Positions 19,200 to 26,709 of a DNA stretch of 42,358 nt are shown piece by piece (the first letter of the stretch is position 1; the number at the start of each line of letters is the position of its first letter). Below the pieces are notes generated by a model. It had not been told where the DNA came from, made no database searches, and worked only from the letters and a program-made list of their open reading frames with translations. The DNA lies in the NCBI GenBank assembly GCA_049608925.1, contig JBMYXZ010000003.1, positions 1 through 42,358 of the forward strand. The letters run 5' to 3'. This DNA comes from Alphaproteobacteria bacterium (GTDB lineage: Bacteria > Pseudomonadota > Alphaproteobacteria > JAGOMX01). Position numbers and translations under genes: made by a program.

Positions 19200-19608
19200 G
19201 CACACAATTGTCCTGACAGAGGATTCTCAAGAGGATGCGATGGTCATCCAAGAAATATTCAAGCGCTCTGAGCTACCATTTGATTTGGTGCACATTAATG
19301 ACGGCGAATCTCTTATGGATTTTGTCACCAGCCGCGATGCCTACTTTAACGAGGACGGCACCCCAAAATATTTGATCCTTTTAGACCTGATGATGCCAAA
19401 GAAGGACGGCATCGAATGCCTAGAAGAAATCCGCAGCAACGACAATAAAGATATACGCAACCTGCCAATTGTGATCTTCAGCGGCAGCGAATGCGATGAA
19501 CACTTTGAAAAGACTATGGCTCTTGGTGCCAATAGCTTTATACCCAAGCCACGTAACGTCAAAGAAGTCAAAGAGATGTTTGCGGGACTTGCTGACCAGC
19601 TGGATTAG
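19189..19608 (+). CDS. Single-domain response regulator (receiver only)
   Basis: LTEDSQED acidic pocket, phospho-acceptor LILLDLMMPKKDG, IVIFSGS, and conserved Lys in FIPKP. It overlaps the kinase stop by 11 nt. Confidence 0.9.
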   Translation: MVAKHTIVLTEDSQEDAMVIQEIFKRSELPFDLVHINDGESLMDFVTSRDAYFNEDGTPKYLILLDLMMPKKDGIECLEEIRSNDNKDIRNLPIVIFSGSECDEHFEKTMALGANSFIPKPRNVKEVKEMFAGLADQLD

Positions 19609-20506
19609 GCGTGCTATCAGAGGGAGAGGCTGTCTTGAAGGTGTACCGCTTGTAATAAGGCCCCGCCTTAAACACTGCGTTCTGCCCTTCACTAACTACT
19701 GATATTCCATACTGCTGCAGCAGGCTAAGCACTGCTTTCTTATTGTCTATCCTCTTTGTATCAATGGCTACTCCCACAATTTCAGAAACAACCTCGAAGA
19801 AATCTGAAAGATAATCAGATCTAAATACGGAATCATTCTGGCACAGAGTGTCCGAAAACGTGCAAAAAGGGTCCTCCATCTCAAGATCAAACTGCAAATC
19901 ACCCGTATTTCTAGAGCTGTATACTTCATTCAGTGCTTTAACATACAGCCCTGCTTTAAATTTCAACAATTTCTCGTAAAACGCCTGATGGTCATCTTGA
20001 AAAGTAATTTCACTGCTGCCATTGTCTGATTTTAGAATTTTCTTTGTAAATGACTTGCCCCCGACTAATTGAAAGCCACTGCAATCTTCTTTGAATTTTG
20101 TGATGGATTTTGCTGTCTGGTGAATTTGAGAATACCAGCCTAGCATGTTACTTTTGGGCAAGATGCATGGCGTCGGATATACCTTTTTATTTCTGGTGCC
20201 TCCAGATACAACTGGAGCCCAACTCTTTAGAATCTGACGCCTCCCACTACTATTCGCAAACACAAGAGAGATCATTTCCAGCATGGGCTCTGTCATGCAG
20301 TATTGCATATTGTCTGCCCATAGTGTCTTTTTCTCCTCGTCATAAGATAGTCTTAAAGTTCGTGATTGCCCCTGGCAGGGGTTATCGGACTCATCCTTTA
20401 CAATCACATTAAAGTGTATTTCCAGGAGATCGTTTTGTTCTTCACTTGCAGGCGCCTCACTTGCATACATCGTCCAGCAGATAAAAATCAGAATAATCCT
20501 AGTCAT
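19568..20506 (-). CDS. Hypothetical secreted protein (ORFan)
   Basis: Signal-peptide-like MTRIILIFICWTMYASEAPA. The start overlaps the stop of the photolyase-family gene by 8 nt. No recognisable domain. Confidence 0.55.
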   Translation of the reverse strand: MTRIILIFICWTMYASEAPASEEQNDLLEIHFNVIVKDESDNPCQGQSRTLRLSYDEEKKTLWADNMQYCMTEPMLEMISLVFANSSGRRQILKSWAPVVSGGTRNKKVYPTPCILPKSNMLGWYSQIHQTAKSITKFKEDCSGFQLVGGKSFTKKILKSDNGSSEITFQDDHQAFYEKLLKFKAGLYVKALNEVYSSRNTGDLQFDLEMEDPFCTFSDTLCQNDSVFRSDYLSDFFEVVSEIVGVAIDTKRIDNKKAVLSLLQQYGISVVSEGQNAVFKAGPYYKRYTFKTASPSDSTPNPAGQQVPQTSL

Positions 20507-22037
20507 TGCACACCCCCAGTTCCTGAAGTATTTTCTTACTATCTTGTCGAATGGACTCTACCTTTTCCGAGCTCATTTTTTCAAGAGACGAATAGATTAA
20601 CCGCATGCGGTGATTATCTTTCAAATCTTGATGATTTTCTATCAAAAAGTTCCAGTATAAATAGTTAAACGGGCAGGCCTCTGGGCCATTTTTTTTCGAG
20701 ACTTTGTAACTGCAACCCTCGCAATAATTAGACATTTTATTGATGTACGCCCCACTAGCAGCGTATGGCTTACTGGCCAGATACCCCCCATCTGCATACA
20801 AGATCATGCCGGTCACATTTGGCATTTCCACCCATTGATATGCGTCAGCATAGACAATTAAGTACCATTCATTCACTTCTGCTGGATCAATTCCAGCAAG
20901 CAGGCAAAAGTTTCCAATCACCATCAATCGCTGAATATGATGGGCATAAGCATTTTCTTTGGTCTCTTTAATGCACTGTTTCATACAGTTCATTTTTGTC
21001 TCTGCAGACCAAAAGAACTCTGGCAAGCGCCCCTTTGCCGCCAAAAAATTTTCTTGTTCATATTCTGGCATCTTCAGCCAGTATATCCCGCGAACATATT
21101 CTCGCCAGCCAAGAATTTGCCGGATAAAGCCTTCAACAGCATTAAGCGGGGCATCCCCACTTTGATGGGCCAACTCGGCAGCCCGGATACATTCCTGTGC
21201 GGTTAACAAGCCAGCATTTATATAAAAGCTAAGATGAGAATGATACATCCAAGGCTGTCCTTGAAGCATGGCATCTTGATAGTCGCCAAATTTTTCCAGG
21301 CGTCTTTCAATAAACTGCTCCAACGCAGTTAAAGCCTGTGCACGCGTCACCGCAAAATGAAAAGGCTCTAAATCACCAAAGTGATCGGGAAAAGCCCGAC
21401 CAACAATTGCCATCACTTCTTCCGTAATAGCATCTGGCTTAGCAACATATGTATCTGGAATCGACAACCCCTGCTTCGGAGGCTTACGATTTTCCGCATC
21501 ATAGTTCCACTTGCCCCCTTCGGGATCACCACCTTGCATTAAGATGCCGTGTTTTTTGCGCATCTCGCGATAGAAGAACTCCATCCGCAAGGCTTTGCGC
21601 CCCTTGGCCCATTTTTTGAACTCAGCCGGCGCGCACATAAAGCGGTTGTCTTCTTGTATTTCAAGAGGTATATCCAGCTTGCTTTCCAGGTTTTGTAGAA
21701 TTTGCAAGACCCGATATTCCCCTGGGAAGGTTACAACGACACGCTCGGATTTAAGGGAAGCTACCGCACGTTCGATTTCCGATGACAGGCTATGGGTATT
21801 GTCACCATCATCGAAAGAAACGTAGCGGACATTATAGCCATCCGCTTCCAGTTGCTTGCAAAAGTGACGCATTGCAGACCACAAAAAGACTATTTTCTTC
21901 TTGTGATGCTTTACATACGTTGCATCCTCACGCGTTTCACACAGCAATATTGTGTCTGAATCCTTATTGCAGTCTTCGAAGATCTCTAAAGACTCGCATA
22001 ACTGGTCCCACAGGATGACACGCAGCACCCCTGCCAT
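20499..22037 (-). CDS. Cryptochrome/photolyase family protein, FeS-BCP (PhrB/CryB-like) class
   Basis: About 510 aa, the COG3046-like length. Cysteine pattern is a Cys in NCMKQC plus YCEGC-x12-C (C-x2-C-x12-C), as in the 4Fe-4S site of bacterial (6-4) photolyases. It also has a WREY motif and HHIQRLM. Confidence 0.88.
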   Translation of the reverse strand: MAGVLRVILWDQLCESLEIFEDCNKDSDTILLCETREDATYVKHHKKKIVFLWSAMRHFCKQLEADGYNVRYVSFDDGDNTHSLSSEIERAVASLKSERVVVTFPGEYRVLQILQNLESKLDIPLEIQEDNRFMCAPAEFKKWAKGRKALRMEFFYREMRKKHGILMQGGDPEGGKWNYDAENRKPPKQGLSIPDTYVAKPDAITEEVMAIVGRAFPDHFGDLEPFHFAVTRAQALTALEQFIERRLEKFGDYQDAMLQGQPWMYHSHLSFYINAGLLTAQECIRAAELAHQSGDAPLNAVEGFIRQILGWREYVRGIYWLKMPEYEQENFLAAKGRLPEFFWSAETKMNCMKQCIKETKENAYAHHIQRLMVIGNFCLLAGIDPAEVNEWYLIVYADAYQWVEMPNVTGMILYADGGYLASKPYAASGAYINKMSNYCEGCSYKVSKKNGPEACPFNYLYWNFLIENHQDLKDNHRMRLIYSSLEKMSSEKVESIRQDSKKILQELGVCND

Positions 22038-22744
22038 TAATCTAGCGAGCTCCTGCCACCATCAAGACCCATTACTTGTCCGGTGATCCAGGCACTTTGA
22101 TCGCTTAGCAAGAAAGCGGCAAGGCTGGCAGCATCGCTGGCTTCACCCAATCTCCCTAGCGGATGCGCCTTACCCAACGCGCCTTTTACCGCAGGATTAC
22201 CGACAATAGGCTGCGACATTTTGGTATCCATTAAGCTGGGGGCAATGCAATTTACGCGAACCGCAGGTGACAGTTCTTTTGCCAATGCAACCGTTAGTCC
22301 TTCAACACCTGCTTTACATGCACTGATCACAGCGTGTTTCGCAAACCCTTTGCGCGCCGCCACGGAAGAAAACAGCACCACCGAACCATGGCCTTCTTTC
22401 AGTTTTGCAAGCCCAGCTTGCACTGCAAAAAACGCCCCGGTTGTATTCACCGCCAAGTGGTGATTGAAATCTTGCTCGGTGATGGATGCTACATCCTTCA
22501 GAATGATTGTACCAGGACAATACACCAATCCTTTCAACGGCCCTGGGCAAGCTGCAATTGCCTGCTGAAGCTGAGCAGTATTGGTGACATCTGCCGCCGC
22601 TGTTGAAACCAAGGGAGTGTCCGGTAGGGATGAGACATCTTTTGCAATTAAGTGCAGGGACTCTCCTGCCTGCAATAAGGATGTTGTCAGCTGTGCAGCG
22701 ACCGAACTGCTTGCGCCGATAATGCAGATTTTGCCAGTGCTCAT
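22037..22744 (-). CDS. Short-chain dehydrogenase/reductase (SDR) family oxidoreductase
   Basis: N-terminal IIGASSSVA (TGxxxGxG-like), and a catalytic region with an S...KAGVEGL arrangement. The stop shares 1 nt with the downstream start (TAATG). Confidence 0.85.
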   Translation of the reverse strand: MSTGKICIIGASSSVAAQLTTSLLQAGESLHLIAKDVSSLPDTPLVSTAAADVTNTAQLQQAIAACPGPLKGLVYCPGTIILKDVASITEQDFNHHLAVNTTGAFFAVQAGLAKLKEGHGSVVLFSSVAARKGFAKHAVISACKAGVEGLTVALAKELSPAVRVNCIAPSLMDTKMSQPIVGNPAVKGALGKAHPLGRLGEASDAASLAAFLLSDQSAWITGQVMGLDGGRSSLD

Positions 22745-22870
22745 ATGCTCTCCTTTTTACATATGATACCACTAAAGGGGGGGCTTATTCTAGGACCACT
22801 AGGCTTATACCACTTGCAATGGTGACGCCATCATTACGGTAAGAATGTTTACGATCACCTGGAAATGCCA

Positions 22871-23336
22871 CATAAGTGTCCGGAATAATTTTATGATAAA
22901 TGGAAAGCCCTGCTGTTTCAAGGCTCTCTCCACTCATCATCCCGCACTCCGACTTTCCGCGGCTTGACCCATAAGTGTCCGGAATAATTTTGAATGATGT
23001 GGTGGAATTGCTTATCCACAAAAGGTTTAGAGAGATTTTGCCCTGCATAAACACGAAATTAAGTTGGGAAAATCTGGGCCAAATAGAATATTCAAATACC
23101 ATTCCCCCACACTCCGACGCTCCGGGCTTTATGCCCGGAGTCCACCAACCCCCGAGATTCGGAAAATCGAGAATACGCCTTAGTTTTCTGCAGCTGAGTA
23201 TGCCTTAGAGTGGACTCCGTGAACAAGTCACGGAGCGTCGGAGTATGGGGTAAAGGGCTCAGAAAGCCTTAAAACAGCAAGCTCTTCCATCCAGCATTAA
23301 ATTATCCCGGACACTTATGGGCTTGACCGCGGAATC
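22871..23336. repeat. Non-coding repeat cluster with nested direct and inverted repeats (MITE/REP-like)
   Basis: A 22-mer CATAAGTGTCCGGAATAATTTT is repeated exactly at 22871-22892 and 22970-22991, and inverted at 23299-23320 (21/22). An inner 41-nt inverted pair lies at 23105-23145 and 23210-23250. A degenerate CCCGCACTCCGAC copy starts near 22941. Confidence 0.8.
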
Positions 23337-23775
23337 CATTTTATTTTTTTATTTTAATGATTTAATGGGTAATCTGTTCGCCTTAAAAGTGCAGCTGGTG
23401 TGCATTGAAACGGACGATAGCAGTTTTTATGATCTTTACTATCCAGGACATTCCTGGGCTGATACCGAAGGGCTTTGGCGCCCGCAAGGGCTTGGGCTTC
23501 CAGGCCCTGAAACCGGGGCCTCAGCTTTCAGAACACCCAAAATGGTGCGGGCAATATCTAGACTGAATGACCAGGAAAGAAATCACGAAACGCGTTGGAC
23601 TCTCTTTGATAATCTGTATTTCATGCCCGATAAAAACCCCAGAGCCATGCCCATTGTGGCCTCAACTCTTGGGAAGGACGGCAAGGTCAGCCCTAGTAAA
23701 ATTGATTACAAATCAGCCATAGATATTATTGGTCTGTGGCATGCTCAAGTGCTGCCTGGATATAGAAACAATTGA
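23317..23775 (+). CDS. Hypothetical protein (doubtful)
   Basis: It is an ORF only. The 5' end overlaps the repeat cluster, the 3' end overlaps the ABC-F remnant frame, and there is no recognisable motif. Confidence 0.3.
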   Translation: MGLTAESILFFYFNDLMGNLFALKVQLVCIETDDSSFYDLYYPGHSWADTEGLWRPQGLGLPGPETGASAFRTPKMVRAISRLNDQERNHETRWTLFDNLYFMPDKNPRAMPIVASTLGKDGKVSPSKIDYKSAIDIIGLWHAQVLPGYRNN

Positions 23776-23896
23776 CCATGTCATTCAAGTCATGAGAAAC
23801 TACCTCGGTGCTATGATCGTGATTTCACATGATACTGACTATATTAAAGAAGTTGGTGGTTTCACTGAAGTCTGTGTGGAGCAATTTAAGAGCTAG
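23723..23896 (+). pseudogene. C-terminal remnant of an ABC-F/ABC-type ATPase
   Basis: My translation of the frame between the TAG at 23720-22 and the TAG at 23894-96 is ...CCLDIETIDHVIQVMRNYLGAMIVISHDTDYIKEVGGFTEVCVEQFKS*. This is the D-loop/H-loop region (LD-IETI...xxIxVSHD) of an ABC ATPase, without a Walker A or signature motif upstream. Confidence 0.6.
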
Positions 23897-23919
23897 ATGA
23901 ACAAGAAAGGAGGTCAATC

Positions 23920-24429
23920 ATGTTTTCGTGTCCCGGCTGCAAGGCCCTATTCTCTTCAGATACCCCATGTGATCATCCTTATATTGGTGCATCGCAGGCA
24001 TGTTGGGAGACGTATCAAAAAGTTCTGGAGAAGGAATACAGTAATCCTGACTACTTTAAAGTCCACCGCATAACTGTGGACGCATATGCAGCTTCACATA
24101 TTGGTGATCAATCGGATAGGCGAGCACGACAATCTGCGAACCTTCACTTGATTGCTCTCTACCTTTATTTCGAAAGAGAGTGTTTAGTCAAAGAGATCAA
24201 GGGTTTCTTGTCACGCGCCACAACTCCCAAGAGAAATTGGCCTGAGGTCCAACACATTAAATCTCCTAGCTGGTTAACGGTAGGGGACGTTGTGACTGCT
24301 GAGAGTGCTCAAGTTCACGAACAAAAAGTGTTGGCATGGGGAAAGAGTGTTTTAGAGGGTTATCATAACATTTATAACGACTTACAGAGGCTGTATGAGT
24401 CTATTTTATCCGGCCATAAAACTGTGTGA
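23920..24429 (+). CDS. Conserved-looking hypothetical protein with N-terminal CPGC...C-x-H motif (possibly DUF5946-like, from memory only)
   Basis: Strong Shine-Dalgarno AAGGAGG lies 7 nt upstream. Sequence begins MFSCPGCKALFSSDTPCDHPYIGASQACWETY. Confidence 0.7.
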   Translation: MFSCPGCKALFSSDTPCDHPYIGASQACWETYQKVLEKEYSNPDYFKVHRITVDAYAASHIGDQSDRRARQSANLHLIALYLYFERECLVKEIKGFLSRATTPKRNWPEVQHIKSPSWLTVGDVVTAESAQVHEQKVLAWGKSVLEGYHNIYNDLQRLYESILSGHKTV

Positions 24430-24547
24430 TAGAGGTCCAAGTATGCTTTGTGTAAACCCATGATCCGCAATATCGCACAGGCAAGTATTTGGGCCTTACA
24501 TGGACAGCCAAAGGCTAGAGCAACCCTAGACAGAAAGAAGCACTCTG

Positions 24548-25462
24548 ATGCCCGTTGAAACACTTCACAAAAATGAAACTAAATTGAGTATAGAGATCAT
24601 CAGGGAACTGCTAAATGACCAATTTCCTGATTGGGCAGACCTGTCTATAAAACCACTAAGCCACCAGGGGACAGACAACGTGATGCTGAAGCTTGGTAAC
24701 GACAAAATCATCAGGCTGCCTCGAACTCAACGATCCGAGGCCAGCCTTATCAAAGAATGCCTATGGCTGCCAATTATTGGTGATCGCCTATCGATCCAGA
24801 TACCCCATATCATAGGTAACGGTCAGCCCAGCAAAGAATATCCCTACCAATGGGCCATTGTGAACTTCCTGCAGGGAAGCAGCCCGTCCGATAACAATCC
24901 ATTAGACCTGGCCCAAGCCGCCATTGACCTTAGCCGCGTGAGAAAAGAATTACAGAGCGTTGATACCACAGACGCCCCATTATGCAGCCGAAAGTACCCA
25001 AGCATCATTCATGATGCGGAAACAAGCCCCCTAATACCGGCATTATCTGATACATTTGATAGTGCACAGATCACCAAATTGTGGGAAGCAGCTCTGGACC
25101 TTGCGCCGTGGCAAGGCAATCCCGTATGGCTTCACGGAGACATCCACACGGGTAACCTTCTGGTCCAAGATGGCGCAATCACCGGAATCATTGACTTTGG
25201 TATGTCTGGGATAGGAGATCCTGCCTGTGACTTGATGGTGGCGTGGACACTTTTTACCAAAGACACTCGCCAGATATTTCATGATGCCGTCGCTCCAGAT
25301 CAGGCCACCTGGAACCGCGCAAAAGCCTACGCCCTTCATTTTGGTATCATGGCCTATTCCTATTACAAGGATCGAGATCCTTTTGTAGCAAATATTGCAA
25401 AAAACACCCTTGGGGAAGTCATTAATGATTCAAGTGATGAATATTCGGGTATAATTGGGTAA
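24548..25462 (+). CDS. Aminoglycoside/antibiotic phosphotransferase (APH) family kinase
   Basis: Brenner motif HGDIHTGNLLV and IDFGMSGIGDPACDL, with N-terminal lobe GTDNVMLKLGNDKIIRLPR. Confidence 0.85.
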   Translation: MPVETLHKNETKLSIEIIRELLNDQFPDWADLSIKPLSHQGTDNVMLKLGNDKIIRLPRTQRSEASLIKECLWLPIIGDRLSIQIPHIIGNGQPSKEYPYQWAIVNFLQGSSPSDNNPLDLAQAAIDLSRVRKELQSVDTTDAPLCSRKYPSIIHDAETSPLIPALSDTFDSAQITKLWEAALDLAPWQGNPVWLHGDIHTGNLLVQDGAITGIIDFGMSGIGDPACDLMVAWTLFTKDTRQIFHDAVAPDQATWNRAKAYALHFGIMAYSYYKDRDPFVANIAKNTLGEVINDSSDEYSGIIG

Positions 25463-25588
25463 TTATGCGGGTAAGCACGGCAAAGGCCGTTCAACATGGT
25501 ATGGTTTTCCGAACTAGATACTCACTCAACTGTTTCCAGTGACACGGAAGCTTAAAATGAAAATAGTCTAGAATTCTTACTGGGAAGG

Positions 25589-25664
25589 TGGTGGGCGCTA
25601 CAGGATTCGAACCTGTGACCCTCTGATTAAAAGTCAGATGCTCTACCAACTGAGCTAAGCGCCC
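25589..25664 (-). tRNA. tRNA-Lys (anticodon UUU), CCA encoded
   Basis: The reverse complement reads GGGCGCTTAGCTCAGTTGGTAGAGCATCTGACTTTTAATCAGAGGGTCACAGGTTCGAATCCTGTAGCGCCCACCA. It has a 7-bp acceptor stem, an anticodon loop CTTTTAA, and a GGTTCGAATCC T-arm. Confidence 0.93.
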
Positions 25665-25800
25665 CAAAAAGATACCTCCCAACATAGTGATTTTCGGCGA
25701 TTTGGTCAACACATCTGTGTAATTTTTTCACATTTTTCCTTTAGTCCCACAAATTTCCGTTTATTATAAATATGTTGATAGCAAGCTGAGGGAGGCAATT

Positions 25801-26709
25801 GTGCAATCATTTTCAAAAGGGGTAATCCTTGCAGGGGGCAGTGGCACCCGCATGTACCCATCTACAGTTGTGGTCAACAAGCACTTGCTGCCCGTTTATG
25901 ACAAACCCCTGATATATTATCCGCTGACCACGCTGATGCTGATGGGTTTACGCGAGATCATGATCGTCACAAATCCCGAATTCATCGAGCAGTTCAGGCA
26001 AATCCTTGGCACCGGTGAACAATGGGGCATTAAATTGCATTATCAAGCGCAAAGCGCTCCTAATGGCCTGGCCCACGCTTTTTTGGCTGCGGAAGAATTT
26101 GTGGGCAACGACCCGTGCGCCGTAATTCTAGGAGACAACGTCTACCACGGCCATGGACTGTCCCCTTTTCTGTTCAACGCTATGTCTGCGAATAAGGGCG
26201 CCACAATATTTGGCTATCGCGTGCAGGATGCCAGGCGCTATGGCGTTGTCGATTTTGATCGCAAAATGCAAGTGACGTCTCTGGAAGAAAAGCCCGAAAA
26301 CCCGAAAACCAACATTGCTGTTACAGGGCTGTATCTATACGATGGCACCGCTGCCCAACGTGCAAAAGATTTAAAGCCCTCAGCACGGGGGGAATATGAA
26401 ATTACGGATCTGAACAATAGCTATTTAGCGGATCAGTCCCTCTCACTAAACATCATCGAGCGTGGATATGCTTGGTTTGATGCTGGAACACCTGAATCTC
26501 TGCTGGTTGTCAGCGAATATGTGGAAACGCTTGCGTCGCGGCAGGGCAACAAAACCGCCTGCCCAGAAGAAATCGCCTATCGCACGGGCAATATTACACT
26601 GGATCAACTGCAGGGTCTGGTTACCAATATGCCTGCTTCCGATTATCGCAGTTACTTAGAGCAACTTGTGCACGAAGAAGCCTATAAGCTGGACAGGAGT
26701 GCTGCATGA
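25801..26709 (+). CDS. rfbA: Glucose-1-phosphate thymidylyltransferase
   Basis: GTG start with GAGGGAGG Shine-Dalgarno. Motifs are GIILAGGSGTRMYP, the LGDN region and YGVVDFD. Confidence 0.92.
   Translation: MQSFSKGVILAGGSGTRMYPSTVVVNKHLLPVYDKPLIYYPLTTLMLMGLREIMIVTNPEFIEQFRQILGTGEQWGIKLHYQAQSAPNGLAHAFLAAEEFVGNDPCAVILGDNVYHGHGLSPFLFNAMSANKGATIFGYRVQDARRYGVVDFDRKMQVTSLEEKPENPKTNIAVTGLYLYDGTAAQRAKDLKPSARGEYEITDLNNSYLADQSLSLNIIERGYAWFDAGTPESLLVVSEYVETLASRQGNKTACPEEIAYRTGNITLDQLQGLVTNMPASDYRSYLEQLVHEEAYKLDRSAA

Noticed and set aside
22785-23208. ORFs 22785-23102 (-) and 22975-23208 (+) in the SDR-downstream gap
   Set aside because: They run across the direct and inverted repeats, so the duplicated KIIPDTY peptide simply mirrors the duplicated 22-mer. 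They have no Shine-Dalgarno and no recognisable protein features.
22745-25588. Intact integrative element (integrase plus att direct repeat) at tRNA-Lys
   Set aside because: No integrase or recombinase ORF is present. I could not find a copy of the tRNA 3' segment (for example GGATTCGAACC) elsewhere in the pocket. It is therefore described only as an eroded accessory pocket.
25491-25712. 73-aa minus-strand ORF
   Set aside because: It overlaps the tRNA-Lys gene. The peptide LAQLVEHLTFNQRVTGSNPV is the familiar translation artefact of a tRNA sequence.
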